From Eubacteriales bacterium (GTDB lineage Bacteria; Bacillota; Clostridia; Oscillospirales; SIG627), in the NCBI GenBank assembly GCA_045597125.1, contig JAZODR010000038.1:24096-88095 (forward strand): a DNA stretch of 64,000 bases. Direction: 5' to 3'. A program made the position numbers and the translations under genes. Positions 31,363 to 42,070 of this stretch are shown piece by piece (within the stretch, counting starts at the first letter, position 1; every line of letters begins with the position of its first letter). The notes beneath the pieces were generated by a model. The model had not been told where the DNA came from. It did no database searches and saw only the letters and a list, made by a program, of their open reading frames with translations.

Positions 31363-32364
31363 ATGAAACTGATCGTTGATGCCATGGGTGGCGATCACGC
31401 CCCCGATCAAATCGTTCGCGGTGCCTATTTGGGAATGAAAAAGGATGACCAAATCGAATTGATCTTTACCGGTGATGAGAAGGCTATTCGCGATGCAATG
31501 GAAAAATACGATATTCCTGAAAAGGGAATTGAAATCATTCACACGCCTTCCAAAATCGAAATGGAGGAAGATCCTCTTTGCATTTTGAAAAGCAAAAAGG
31601 ATTCTTCAATGGCAATGGGACTTTCCCTTCTCCGTGACGGCAAAGGGGATGCATTTCTTTCGGCGGGTTCTACCGGAGCTTTGATTGTCGGTGCTTCCAG
31701 TCGCATATACAAGGTGAAACTTCCCGGTATTCGCCGTGTGGGAATCGGGGCGGTTTTGCCTCTTTCCTGTCCCGTGCTTCTTTTGGATAGCGGTGCGAAT
31801 GTTGAGATTTCTCCCGAAGAGATGCTTCAGTTCGGTTATATGGGAAAAGCCTATGCTAAGGGGGTTCTTGGGGTTGAAGAACCTCGCGTAGCCCTTGTGA
31901 ATAACGGTGCTGAGGAATGCAAGGGCACTGCGCTTTACGTAGAATCCCATAAACTTTTGAAGGATGCGAAGAATCTGCACTTCGTGGGGAATATTGAGGG
32001 CAGAGATATCCCTTTGGGCGAAGCGGACGTTATTTTGTGCGACGGCTTTGTGGGGAATGTGATTTTGAAGCTTTCCGAAGGCTTCGGAAAATTTATCAGC
32101 AAAGAGCTTAAAAAAATGCTGGGTGGCAGTTTGAAAGGAAAAATTGCCGCGCTGTTTATCTATTCCGATTTAAAAAAATTCAAATCTCGATTGTCCTACG
32201 AGCGTTACGGCGGCGCACCTCTTTTGGGCACTCGCTATCCAATTATCAAGGCGCACGGCTCCTCTCGGGCTTCTGCAATCAAGTCTGCGGTTCTTCAGGC
32301 GAAAAAATGCTTTGAATCAGGGGTTTGCCATATGATTGCCCGTGATATGGAGGAGGGTGACTGA
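31363..32364 (+). CDS. plsX: phosphate acyltransferase PlsX
   Basis: VDAMGGDHAP, SAGSTGA, DGFVGN and KAHGSS motifs. Confidence 0.96.
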   Translation: MKLIVDAMGGDHAPDQIVRGAYLGMKKDDQIELIFTGDEKAIRDAMEKYDIPEKGIEIIHTPSKIEMEEDPLCILKSKKDSSMAMGLSLLRDGKGDAFLSAGSTGALIVGASSRIYKVKLPGIRRVGIGAVLPLSCPVLLLDSGANVEISPEEMLQFGYMGKAYAKGVLGVEEPRVALVNNGAEECKGTALYVESHKLLKDAKNLHFVGNIEGRDIPLGEADVILCDGFVGNVILKLSEGFGKFISKELKKMLGGSLKGKIAALFIYSDLKKFKSRLSYERYGGAPLLGTRYPIIKAHGSSRASAIKSAVLQAKKCFESGVCHMIARDMEEGD

Positions 32365-33116
32365 TGGAGCCGAGAATTGCCTGTGAGGGGGATTATCCCA
32401 AGGCGTTTTTATCCCGTTTGGATGCCCTAGAAGAAATCATCGCATACCGATTTTGCAATCGCAAATATTTATGGACTGCTTTAACCCATTCTTCCTTCTC
32501 CAACGAAAAGAGAAATCGTATTTTATACGAGCATAACGAGAGATTGGAGTTTTTGGGAGATTCGGTGCTTTCTCTTGTCATTTCCCGTCATTTGTTTGCC
32601 GACCTTGCTACCTTCCCCGAGGGAATGTTGACCAAGCTTCGCGCCGCTTCCGTTTGTGCGGATGCTTTGTACGAGTATGCAGGGCGATTGAATCTTGCTG
32701 ATTATATGCTTTTGAATCACGGTCTTTCCGAGGACGGTGTGAAAAAGCATAAAAATATTTTGGCAGACTGCTTTGAGGCGCTTCTTGCTGCGATTTATTT
32801 AGACGGAGGATTCGATGAGGCAGAGCGCTTTGTTCTTCGGTTTGCCCGTGACCGAATACTCAAACTTTTGGAAGGCGGGAAGATTCGCGATGAAGACTAT
32901 AAGAGTCTTTTGCAGGAAAAGGTGCAGACCAGCCCCGGTGAAAAGGTAGAGTATCATTTGATTGGGGAAAAGGGCCCCGATCATAAAAAAGAATTTTTCG
33001 TTGAGGTACGAATCAATTCCAATGTGATTGGAAACGGTTCCGGAAGCAGTAAAAGAGAAGCGGAGCAGGCAGCGGCAAAAATGGCGCTTGCCACCTGGTT
33101 CGGCGAAGAAAAATAA
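32364..33116 (+). CDS. rnc: ribonuclease III
   Basis: NERLEFLGDSVL, ADCFEA and a dsRBD. Confidence 0.97.
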   Translation: MEPRIACEGDYPKAFLSRLDALEEIIAYRFCNRKYLWTALTHSSFSNEKRNRILYEHNERLEFLGDSVLSLVISRHLFADLATFPEGMLTKLRAASVCADALYEYAGRLNLADYMLLNHGLSEDGVKKHKNILADCFEALLAAIYLDGGFDEAERFVLRFARDRILKLLEGGKIRDEDYKSLLQEKVQTSPGEKVEYHLIGEKGPDHKKEFFVEVRINSNVIGNGSGSSKREAEQAAAKMALATWFGEEK

Positions 33117-33135
33117 AGTTAAGAGAGAAAATAGA

Positions 33136-36100
33136 ATGTACTTAAAAACATTGGAACTGCAAGGATTTAAGTCCTTCCCCGATAAAACCGTAATTGAGTT
33201 TGATAAAGGGATGACCGCCATCGTTGGCGCAAACGGAAGCGGAAAAAGTAATATTTCCGATGCCGTGCGCTGGGTTTTGGGTGAAATGAGCGCTAAGAGT
33301 CTGCGTGGAAGCAAGATGGAGGACATTATTTTCAACGGTAGCGGGAAAAGAAAGCCTGCTTCTTTTGCCGAGGTCATTATGACCATCGACAATTCCGATT
33401 TTCTGATGAAAATTGACTATGATGAGGTCAGTGTCGGAAGAAGACTTTACCGCAACGGAGAAAGCGAATATTATCTGAATAAAAAACAGGTTCGACTAAA
33501 AGACATCGTTGACCTTTTTCTGAACACCGGCATTGGTCGCGAGGGCTATTCGGTTATCAGTCAAGGAAAAATCGCTGAGATTATTTCACTCAAGGGCAAT
33601 GAGCGCCGTGAGCTTTTCGAGGAAGCTGCCGGGATTTCACGTTTCCGTTATCGTAAGCACGAGGCGGGGCTGAAACTGCAATCTGTCAATGAAAATGCCG
33701 TGCGCATCGGAGATATTCTTGCTGAGGTGCAGGGAAGACTTCCTCGCTTGGAACAGCAAAGTGCCAAGGCGAAAGCATATCTTGCCATTGTGGAAGAGAA
33801 AAAGACTTTGGAGCTTGGTATCTGGGCACAGAGAATGGAAAAAATCGCTCGTTTTCGGCAAGAGGGCGAAGAAAAATATGCCGCCGAGGATAAAGCACTG
33901 AAGGCGTTAAGCGATCAGATTGATGAGCAGGACCGCACCATTGATGCTTTGTATATTGAAACGCAAGAGAAGAATATGCGAAGTGAGATTCTCCGCGGTG
34001 AGGTAACAGAGCTTGCCTCAGCCGACTCCGACCGTTCCGCCGCACTTTCCGTTTTGGAAAATGAGATCCGCCATATCGAGCTTCGGCGCGATGAGCTTCT
34101 TTCTCAGGGCGAAAAAGACGGAACTCGGGAAAAGGCTCTGCTGGAGGAAAAGCAAAAACTTGAGGAATCCTTCGATACCATTCAGACGGAGCTTTCCGAA
34201 ATTGAAGAGCGTTTTTCTGCCAATCGGGCAGCGCAAGCGGCGATTATGGCAGAATACACCGATTTGATAGACCGCGAGGAAAAGCTTTTACTAGAGAAAG
34301 AATCCGATATTGATAAAAAAGAAGCCTTCAATATGGAATTGAAAGAGGGCGAAGGCTTTATCAGAGCCGGTGAAGAGCAGAAAAAAGAATTGGAAAAACG
34401 CCTTTCAGAGGGTGATGGCAAGGATGAAGCCCTGCGTGTTCGCTTGGAGGAAAAACGTAAAATTGCTCAGGATGCGTTGAACTCCAAAAATGATGCGGAA
34501 AAGGAAAACGGCAATATTCATCTTGATTTGTATCGCCTTGGTCAGGAGATTGACGAGCTTGGAGAACGTGTACAAAAGCACCGTTTGGAAAAGATGGAAG
34601 CAGAACAGAGGAGAGATACGCTGCTTCGTATGGAACGGCTTCTTGAGGGCTTTTCCGATTCTGTGAAAGAGATTATGAATGCTGCCGGAAGTGAGCTTGG
34701 CGGTATTTGCGGCCCGGTTTCCAAACTCATTTCTACCGATGAGGAATTCGTTCTTGCTATAGAAACCGCTTTGGGAGGCGGTGTGCAGAATATTGTGGTG
34801 GAAACGGAAGAGGATGCCAAGGAAGGCATTTCTTTCCTGAAAAAGAACCGTCTCGGCAGGGCAACTTTTTTGCCCCTGACTACTTTGCGCGCAGGTGTAT
34901 ATGATACTTCTGCTATTGGTGAAAGCGGCTTTTTGGGAAGAGCATCGGACCTTTGTAAATGCGATGAGAAATATCGCATTGCCATTGAGTTTTTGCTTGG
35001 AAAAACGTTGATTTGCAAGGATATTGAATCTGCATCTCGTTTGGCGAGAAGCGAGAAGTATGGTGTTCGTATCGTAACCTTGGACGGACAAATCATTCAT
35101 GCGGGTGGCTCTTTTACAGGCGGTCAATCGTTGCATCTGACCGGTGTTTTGTCGCGCTCCGGTGACTTGGCTCAGTTGAAGGAAACTGTTCTGAAAAAGG
35201 AAGAAGTGATTGCTCGTCTTCGCGAGGAGCTGGATGCAAAAGAAAAGCGGAGAACTGATCTTCGCGCTAAACTGAAAGAAAATGAAGAGCAGCTGACCCT
35301 TCTCCGCGCGAAAGCGGGAGAAGCGCAGAATGAGTTGACATTGGAAGCGGAACGAATGGATGCCGCAAAATCCGATGTTCACCGTATGGAGCAAGAAATT
35401 CTGGAAATTGATGGACGTATTGCTCAGCGCTTGACACGCGCCGATGAAATTCGCGTGGAGCTTTCCGCTTTTGAAGTGCGCGAGAAAAAAATCAACGAAG
35501 AATTGTCATGCATTTCCGGTCAAAAAGAAGAAAAAGAAAAAAAGAGAGAAGAATATATTATTGCCCAGGGTGAGATTCTTGCTCTGAGAGGACAGGCACA
35601 GCTTCGCTTGGAACAGGAAGCGGCAAAGCTGAATAGCAATGCCGAGGCTTTCCGATTGTTGGAAGAGGGAGACAGAAACAAAGAAGAAATGCTTTCTTCC
35701 TTGGAGCAGGCAAAACAAGATGCTCTGCAAAAAATTGAAGAAGCGAAACTGCAAAGAGAAGATCTCCAGAAGCAAATTGCTACAAAGCAGGAGGAAATCC
35801 GCGGTCTTTTGGATCGTGTGAACGCGGCAGGTGAGGAGAGCGCAAAAATTCGTTCCTCGCAAAAAGAAAAGCAGGCGGAAAAGGAACGGAGAATGGAGGA
35901 CTTTTCACGCTTGGCAGGGAGACTTGCCGCGGCTGAAAAAGAGCGGGACGGCATTGTTCGCTCTTTGGCTGAGGAATACGAGATCACACCCGAGCATATG
36001 GAATTTCAAAATGCCAAGGAAACGGATACCCAGGCTTTGGGCGGAGAGGCAAAGCTTCAAGCTTTGCGCGGCGACCTTCGTCGTATCGGCCCTGTAAATT

Positions 36101-36708
36101 TGGATTCCGTACAGGAGTTGGAAGAAGCACAAGAACGATTCCGATTCTTGGATTCTCAATATGCCGATATTACCAAATCCCGTGAAGAATTGGAGAAGCT
36201 TATTTCCGATTTGGAAACCACGATGCGGGATATGTTTACGGAAACCTTTGAGCAAATTCGTTATACCTTCCGTCAAATATTCGTAGAACTTTTTGGCGGA
36301 GGAAGTGCGGATATTGAATTGACCAACAAGGAGGATCTTCTTAATTGCGGCGTGGAAATCCGCGTTCAGCCTCCGGGAAAGGTCATCAAGAATCTGTCCT
36401 TGCTTTCAGGCGGTGAACAAGCCTTTGTTGCCATTGCACTTTATATGTCCTTGCTTCGGATCAATCCCAGTCCCTTCTGTATTTTTGACGAGATTGAATC
36501 GGCATTGGATGAGGCAAATGTTCGTCGTTTCGCTCAGTACATCAAGAAGCACAATGATAAGACACAGTTTATTGTGATTACCCACCGCAGAGGAACGATG
36601 GAGGAAGCGGATACCTTGTACGGTATTACCATGCAGGAAAAAGGTGTCAGTGATTTCATTCGTTTGGATGTAGCGGAATCGGGGAAATACGCTTCGGACG
36701 GAAAGTGA
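33136..36708 (+). CDS. smc: chromosome segregation protein SMC
   Basis: GFKSF, GANGSGKSN, hinge GRATFLPL, LSGGE and DEIESALD motifs. Start corrected to MYLK. Confidence 0.98.
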   Translation: MYLKTLELQGFKSFPDKTVIEFDKGMTAIVGANGSGKSNISDAVRWVLGEMSAKSLRGSKMEDIIFNGSGKRKPASFAEVIMTIDNSDFLMKIDYDEVSVGRRLYRNGESEYYLNKKQVRLKDIVDLFLNTGIGREGYSVISQGKIAEIISLKGNERRELFEEAAGISRFRYRKHEAGLKLQSVNENAVRIGDILAEVQGRLPRLEQQSAKAKAYLAIVEEKKTLELGIWAQRMEKIARFRQEGEEKYAAEDKALKALSDQIDEQDRTIDALYIETQEKNMRSEILRGEVTELASADSDRSAALSVLENEIRHIELRRDELLSQGEKDGTREKALLEEKQKLEESFDTIQTELSEIEERFSANRAAQAAIMAEYTDLIDREEKLLLEKESDIDKKEAFNMELKEGEGFIRAGEEQKKELEKRLSEGDGKDEALRVRLEEKRKIAQDALNSKNDAEKENGNIHLDLYRLGQEIDELGERVQKHRLEKMEAEQRRDTLLRMERLLEGFSDSVKEIMNAAGSELGGICGPVSKLISTDEEFVLAIETALGGGVQNIVVETEEDAKEGISFLKKNRLGRATFLPLTTLRAGVYDTSAIGESGFLGRASDLCKCDEKYRIAIEFLLGKTLICKDIESASRLARSEKYGVRIVTLDGQIIHAGGSFTGGQSLHLTGVLSRSGDLAQLKETVLKKEEVIARLREELDAKEKRRTDLRAKLKENEEQLTLLRAKAGEAQNELTLEAERMDAAKSDVHRMEQEILEIDGRIAQRLTRADEIRVELSAFEVREKKINEELSCISGQKEEKEKKREEYIIAQGEILALRGQAQLRLEQEAAKLNSNAEAFRLLEEGDRNKEEMLSSLEQAKQDALQKIEEAKLQREDLQKQIATKQEEIRGLLDRVNAAGEESAKIRSSQKEKQAEKERRMEDFSRLAGRLAAAEKERDGIVRSLAEEYEITPEHMEFQNAKETDTQALGGEAKLQALRGDLRRIGPVNLDSVQELEEAQERFRFLDSQYADITKSREELEKLISDLETTMRDMFTETFEQIRYTFRQIFVELFGGGSADIELTNKEDLLNCGVEIRVQPPGKVIKNLSLLSGGEQAFVAIALYMSLLRINPSPFCIFDEIESALDEANVRRFAQYIKKHNDKTQFIVITHRRGTMEEADTLYGITMQEKGVSDFIRLDVAESGKYASDGK

Positions 36709-36715
36709 GAAATCA

Positions 36716-37627
36716 ATGGGATTTTTTGAAAGATTAAAACAAGGTCTGACCAAGACTAAAAATGCGATTGTGCATCGCGTGGATGCGCTTTTTCGCTCCC
36801 TTTCAGGTGAGATTGACGATGATTTCTATGAGGAATTGGAAGAAATTCTGATTCTTGCGGATTTTGGCGCTCAAACGGCAATGGAAATTATCGAAAGCCT
36901 TCGCGATAAGGTGGCTCGGGATCGCATCATGACGGGTGAAGATGCCAAGAAGGCTTTGCGCCAAATCTTAGTAGGGTTATTGGAAAAGGACGGATTGGAA
37001 TTGAAACTTTCCACCAAGCCTTCTTCTCTGTTAATGATTGGTGTCAACGGTGTGGGGAAAACTACATCTATTGCCAAAATTGCCAACTGCTTAAAGCAAG
37101 AGGGAAAAAATGTTCTTCTTGCCGCAGGTGATACGTTTCGTGCCGCTGCTCGTGAACAGCTTGGTATTTGGGCGGATCGCATTGGTCTTGATATGATTTC
37201 GGGGGGCGACGGAGCTGATCCTGCTGCGGTGGTATTTGACGCTGCCGCCGCCGCAAAAAAGCGCGGTGCGGATGTTTTAATTGTAGATACGGCGGGACGC
37301 CTTCATAATAAGAAAAATTTGATGAATGAGCTTCACAAAATTTCGGGTGTGCTGGATCGTGAGCTTCCCGATTGCGATCGGGAAATGCTTCTTGTTTTAG
37401 ATGCTACTACCGGCCAGAATGCAGTCAGCCAAGCGAAGGAATTCAGCCACAGTGCGGGTATTACGGGGCTTGTTTTAACCAAACTGGATGGTACGGCAAA
37501 AGGTGGCATCGTTTTTTCTTTGAAAAAAGAACTGGGTGTGCCTGTAAAATTCATTGGTATAGGAGAGGGAATCGACGATTTGCGCCCCTTCGATCCTGAG
37601 GAATTCGTCAATGCCCTTTTCGAATAA
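36716..37627 (+). CDS. ftsY: SRP receptor FtsY
   Basis: [21 protein letters not shown] and [10 protein letters not shown] motifs. Confidence 0.98.
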   Translation: MGFFERLKQGLTKTKNAIVHRVDALFRSLSGEIDDDFYEELEEILILADFGAQTAMEIIESLRDKVARDRIMTGEDAKKALRQILVGLLEKDGLELKLSTKPSSLLMIGVNGVGKTTSIAKIANCLKQEGKNVLLAAGDTFRAAAREQLGIWADRIGLDMISGGDGADPAAVVFDAAAAAKKRGADVLIVDTAGRLHNKKNLMNELHKISGVLDRELPDCDREMLLVLDATTGQNAVSQAKEFSHSAGITGLVLTKLDGTAKGGIVFSLKKELGVPVKFIGIGEGIDDLRPFDPEEFVNALFE

Positions 37628-37628
37628 T

Positions 37629-38846
37629 ATGCGTATCGGCATTTTTGGCGGAGCCTTTGATCCACCACATTTGGGGCATGAAAAAGCACTTCTTGCTTTT
37701 TTGGAGAAGGCCCGTCTTGACCTTTTGTACGTGATCCCTTCGGGGAAGCCTCCCCATAAGGTGATTTCCGATGGAGCAGAGGATCAAGATCGCCTGGAAA
37801 TGTGCACACGCGCTTTTTTGCCTTTATCGGAGAAAATTCGTGTTAGTGATTGTGAATTGTTGGAGCAGGGAACCTGTTACAGCTACCTTACAATTGAGCG
37901 TATTCGTATGGAGCACCCTCATAGTGAAATTTTTCTTTTTGTGGGAACGGACCAATTTTTGGCCTTTGAAACCTGGCGAAGATTTGAATATATATTGGAA
38001 ATCTGCACGCTTTGTGTGATGGATCGCTTTGAGGATTTTTCAAAATTAAACCAAAAAAAAGCATTGCTGGAAGAAAATTTTAAGGCGCGCGTATTGCTTT
38101 TGCAGGAAAAACCATATATAATATCATCTACTGATGTTCGTCGAGAGCTTGGAGAATGGGGCTTTTCTTTGGCTCTATCTCCGAAGGTGAATGAATGGAT
38201 TGCCCAAAAAGGGATCTACTGGACCAATCCTGCCCGGACGAAACTCTTGCAAAAGGCGAAAGAGACTCTTTCATCCCATCGTTTTTCGCATACTCTTTCC
38301 GTGGAACGTGAAACGGTTCGGATTTGCAGGATTTTGTCTGTTTCCGCGGAAGATACGAGAAAAATGGCGCTTGCCGCCCTGTATCACGATCTTGCCAAGA
38401 ATCTTTCCAAGGAAGAAGCTTATTCCTTCCTTATAAATAGGGGAGAGATTGTAAGCGAAGAGGATCTTAAAATCCCCGCCGTGCTTCACGGCAGAGTGGC
38501 GGCACTTTTGGCGGAAAAAGACGGAATTCTTTCCGAAGAAGCCATTCTTGCCATCCGTTACCATACCACGGGCAGAAGCGGGATGTCGCTGCAAGAGAAG
38601 ATTCTCTATTTTGCCGATTATATTGAGGAGACCAGAGAGTACGAATCCTGCAAAAAGATGCGAGATGAGTTTTATGGTCATCTTCCCGATGAGGAATTGG
38701 AGAGAATTTTATATTTTGACCGATGTGTGTATCGGGTGATGGAAAACATCGCATATTATTTTAGGGAAAGAAAGATTCCATGCCACTCTTTGGGAGTTGA
38801 GGCACTTGAGGATCTAAAAGAAAAAATGGGAAGGGATTATTCATGA
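37629..38846 (+). CDS. nadD: NadD-YqeK fusion (NaMN adenylyltransferase plus HD-domain Ap4A hydrolase)
   Basis: GGAFDPPHLGH..ISSTDVR followed by RFSHT..YHDLAK..LHG..YHTTG..ADYIE. Confidence 0.92.
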   Translation: MRIGIFGGAFDPPHLGHEKALLAFLEKARLDLLYVIPSGKPPHKVISDGAEDQDRLEMCTRAFLPLSEKIRVSDCELLEQGTCYSYLTIERIRMEHPHSEIFLFVGTDQFLAFETWRRFEYILEICTLCVMDRFEDFSKLNQKKALLEENFKARVLLLQEKPYIISSTDVRRELGEWGFSLALSPKVNEWIAQKGIYWTNPARTKLLQKAKETLSSHRFSHTLSVERETVRICRILSVSAEDTRKMALAALYHDLAKNLSKEEAYSFLINRGEIVSEEDLKIPAVLHGRVAALLAEKDGILSEEAILAIRYHTTGRSGMSLQEKILYFADYIEETREYESCKKMRDEFYGHLPDEELERILYFDRCVYRVMENIAYYFRERKIPCHSLGVEALEDLKEKMGRDYS

Positions 38847-39196
38847 CTGCACTGGAAAAAGCAAAGAAAATCGCTTTCGTTCTCGATGAGAAAAAGGGAA
38901 GAGATATTAGCATTTTGAAAGTCTTAGAGGAAACGACCATTACCGATTACTTCGTAATTGCTACCGCAACCTCTTCCACTCATCTGAAAGCGCTTTGTGA
39001 TGAGGTGGAATATAAGCTTAAGGAAGAAGACATCTCCGCTGCCCGTGTAGAGGGCTATCAGGGCGGTGGTTGGATTCTGGTAGATTACGGTGACGTTATC
39101 GTACACATTTTTGATGCTACCAGCCGCGATTTCTTTAATTTGGAGAAGCTTTGGGCAGCGGCGGAGAAAATTGATTTTGAAGCAAAAGAAGATTAA
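38843..39196 (+). CDS. rsfS: ribosome silencing factor
   Basis: DEKKG.DI, DYFVIAT, WILVDYGDVIVHIF and LEKLW motifs. Confidence 0.96.
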   Translation: MTALEKAKKIAFVLDEKKGRDISILKVLEETTITDYFVIATATSSTHLKALCDEVEYKLKEEDISAARVEGYQGGGWILVDYGDVIVHIFDATSRDFFNLEKLWAAAEKIDFEAKED

Positions 39197-39216
39197 CAAA
39201 TACAGAGGACAAAAAA

Positions 39217-41640
39217 GTGGAGTACAATTTTAAACAGATAGAGAAAAAATGGCAAAAATTCTGGGAAGAGAATAATACCTTCTATACCGATGTGTGGGAT
39301 TTCTCTAAGCCCAAGTACTACGTGTTGGATATGTTCCCTTATCCTTCCGGCGTTGGTTTGCACGCAGGCCATCCCGAAGGCTATACTGCTACCGATATTA
39401 TGTCTCGTATGAAGCGTATGCAGGGCTACAACGTTCTGCATCCCATGGGTTATGACTCCTTTGGTCTGCCCGCTGAGCAGTATGCGGTGGATACGGGCAA
39501 CCATCCCAACGGCTTTACTCAGAAAAATATTGAAACCTTCTCCGGTCAGCTGAAGGAGTTGGGCTTTGATTACGACTGGTCTAAGGTGCTGTCTACCTCC
39601 GATCCTAAGTTTTACAAGTGGACTCAGTGGATTTTTAAAAAATTATGGGAAGCAGGCTACGCCAAGCGGATTGAGATGCCCGTAAATTGGTGTGAGGCTT
39701 TGGGCACAGTTCTTGCCAATGACGAAGTGATTGACGGAAAATCCGAGCGTGGCGGTTATCCAGTTGTCAAAAAAATGATGATGCAATGGGTCATCGACCA
39801 ACCGGCTTTCGCCGAAAAACTGCTGGAAGGGCTGGATGAGATTGATTGGCCCGAATCCACCAAGGAGATTCAGCGCAACTGGATCGGAAAGTCCACCGGT
39901 GTTGAAGTTGACTTCAAATTGGTTGGCGGCGGCGAATTTTCCATTTACACGACTTGTATCGAAACTATCTATGGTATTACTTTTATGGTTTTGGCTCCCG
40001 ACGGCAAAATCGTGCAGGGCTTGCTGGACCGTGTTGAAAATAAGGAAGAGGTACAGGCATACATAAAAGAGGTTGCAGGGAAGAGCGAAATCGATCGTAC
40101 CGATGCCACCAAGACCAAGACCGGCTGCCCCTTAAAGGGTATCTATGCCATCAACCCGGTCAACGGCAAGGAAGTTCCCGTATTCATTGGTGATTTTGTT
40201 CTGGGCAACTATGGTACCGGTGCCGTTATGGCGGTTCCCAGCCATGACCAGCGCGACTTTGAGTACGCCATCGCGCACAATATCCCCATGATTCAGGTGA
40301 TTGAAGGCAGAGATGTGTCCGAGTGCGCCTTTGAAAAGCAGGATTATCTGGGCAAGGGCTGCAAACTCATTCATTCCGAAGAATTTACAGGCATGACTGT
40401 TGAAGAAGCGAAAGAAGCCATTACGGATAAGCTGGAAGGTCTTGGTGTTGCAAGACGAAAGACAAACTACCACTTCCGCGAATGGATTTTTGCACGTCAG
40501 CGTTACTGGGGTGAACCCGTTCCTTGTGTGTATACCGAAAACGGTGAGACTATGTTTCTGCCTGACGAGGAACTTCCTTTGGTTTTGCCCGTTCTGGAAG
40601 ACTACAAGGGTCGAGGCGGTAAGGCGCCTTTGGAGAACGCTACCGAATGGAAGCAGTACGATCAGAATGGCATTAAGGGTGTCCGTGAGACTTCTACCAT
40701 GCCGGGCTCTGCCGGTTCTTCTTGGTATTTCCTGCGTTACATTGATCCTCACAATGACAAAGAATTTTGTGATCCTAAATTGATGGAGCATTGGATGCCT
40801 GTCGACCTGTATATCGGTGGACCGGAGCATGCCGTGGGTCATTTGGTGTACTCCAGAATCTGGAACCGCTTTTTGTATGATAAAGGTTTGGCCCCCACGA
40901 AGGAACCCTTCAAAAAATTGGTTCATCAGGGTATGATCTTAGGCGAGAACGGCATTAAGATGGGCAAACGTTTCCCTGAGTTTGTGATTAATCCCTCTGA
41001 TATCGTTCGCGAGTACGGTGCCGATACCCTGCGTCTGTACGAAATGTTTATGGGTCCCTTGGAGGTTTCCAAGCCATGGTCTTCTGACGGTGTTAAGGGC
41101 GCAAAGAAGTTTATCAACCGCGTTTGGTTTTTCTTCACCGAAGGGGATAATATCACCGAGGAAAACGACGATAAACTGACCAAAGTTTATCACCAAACCG
41201 TTAAGAAGGTTACCTCCGACTTTGAATCACTCGGCTTTAATACCGCTATTGCTCAAATGATGGTTTTTGTCAATGAAGTTTATAAGAACGGCTCTTGTCC
41301 CAGAGAGTATGCGAAAGGATTTATCAAGATGATCTCCTGCATCATTCCCCACGTTGGTGAGGAAATCTGGCAAATTATGGGCCATGAAAAGACTATTGCA
41401 TACGAGCCTTGGCCGACTTACTCCGAAGATAAGTGCAAGGAATCGGAAGTTACCATTGCTGTGCAGGTCAACGGTAAGATGCGCGGTACTGTGGTAATGG
41501 AAGCAGACCTTGAAAACGATGTTGTCGTTGCCAATGTTCTGGCAAATGAGAAGATTGCTGCTTTTCTGGAAAAGCAGGATGGCCAGATTCGCAAGACTAT
41601 CGTTGTCAAAAATAAGCTTGTCAATATCATCGTGAAATAA
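39217..41640 (+). CDS. leuS: leucine--tRNA ligase
   Basis: MFPYPSG..HAGH, GTGAVMAVP, RQRYWGEP and GADTLR motifs. The KMSKS position reads KMGKR. Confidence 0.97.
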   Translation: MEYNFKQIEKKWQKFWEENNTFYTDVWDFSKPKYYVLDMFPYPSGVGLHAGHPEGYTATDIMSRMKRMQGYNVLHPMGYDSFGLPAEQYAVDTGNHPNGFTQKNIETFSGQLKELGFDYDWSKVLSTSDPKFYKWTQWIFKKLWEAGYAKRIEMPVNWCEALGTVLANDEVIDGKSERGGYPVVKKMMMQWVIDQPAFAEKLLEGLDEIDWPESTKEIQRNWIGKSTGVEVDFKLVGGGEFSIYTTCIETIYGITFMVLAPDGKIVQGLLDRVENKEEVQAYIKEVAGKSEIDRTDATKTKTGCPLKGIYAINPVNGKEVPVFIGDFVLGNYGTGAVMAVPSHDQRDFEYAIAHNIPMIQVIEGRDVSECAFEKQDYLGKGCKLIHSEEFTGMTVEEAKEAITDKLEGLGVARRKTNYHFREWIFARQRYWGEPVPCVYTENGETMFLPDEELPLVLPVLEDYKGRGGKAPLENATEWKQYDQNGIKGVRETSTMPGSAGSSWYFLRYIDPHNDKEFCDPKLMEHWMPVDLYIGGPEHAVGHLVYSRIWNRFLYDKGLAPTKEPFKKLVHQGMILGENGIKMGKRFPEFVINPSDIVREYGADTLRLYEMFMGPLEVSKPWSSDGVKGAKKFINRVWFFFTEGDNITEENDDKLTKVYHQTVKKVTSDFESLGFNTAIAQMMVFVNEVYKNGSCPREYAKGFIKMISCIIPHVGEEIWQIMGHEKTIAYEPWPTYSEDKCKESEVTIAVQVNGKMRGTVVMEADLENDVVVANVLANEKIAAFLEKQDGQIRKTIVVKNKLVNIIVK

Positions 41641-41646
41641 AATTTT

Positions 41647-41679
41647 TCACCCGCCGAAAGTTTTGGCGGGTGATTTTTT
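41647..41679 (+). terminator. intrinsic terminator
   Basis: TCACCCGCCGAA/TTTGGCGGGTGA followed by TTTTTT. Confidence 0.85.
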
Positions 41680-41700
41680 CCATAAAAAAGCAAAAAAATA

Positions 41701-41729
41701 TTGACATATACTTGAAGATGGAGTATAAT
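41701..41729 (+). promoter_or_regulatory. consensus sigmaA promoter of rpsU
   Basis: TTGACA-17-TATAAT. Confidence 0.85.
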
Positions 41730-41792
41730 AAATTTTAGTCGTGAAGACTGGTTTGTTTTATCTCTTCGCTAAGTGCAAAGGGAGGGAAAAAG

Positions 41793-41969
41793 ATGGCAGA
41801 AGTTAGAGTTAAAGAAAACGAATCGCTCGACAGTGCTATTCGCAGATTTAAGCGCCAGTGCGCCAGAAGCGGCGTATTAAGCGAACTTCGTAAGCGCGAG
41901 TGCTATGAAAAGCCCAGCGTAAAGCGCAAAAAGAAGGCTGAAGCTGCTAGAAAGCGCAAATTCAAATAA
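41793..41969 (+). CDS. rpsU: 30S ribosomal protein bS21
   Basis: Below the ORF-track cutoff. [58 protein letters not shown] with GGAGG SD. Confidence 0.98.
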   Translation: MAEVRVKENESLDSAIRRFKRQCARSGVLSELRKRECYEKPSVKRKKKAEAARKRKFK

Positions 41970-42033
41970 GTTTGCGAGATAGCGCAAAAAACGGTTTACA
42001 AAGCCGTTTCTTGCCTGAATGGCAGGAAGTAAT

Positions 42034-42070
42034 GCCAATTCCGACCACTTTCGTGGCGGAATTGGCTTTT
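42034..42070 (+). terminator. intrinsic terminator between rpsU and asd
   Basis: GCCAATTCCG..CGGAATTGGC-TTTT. Confidence 0.75.
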
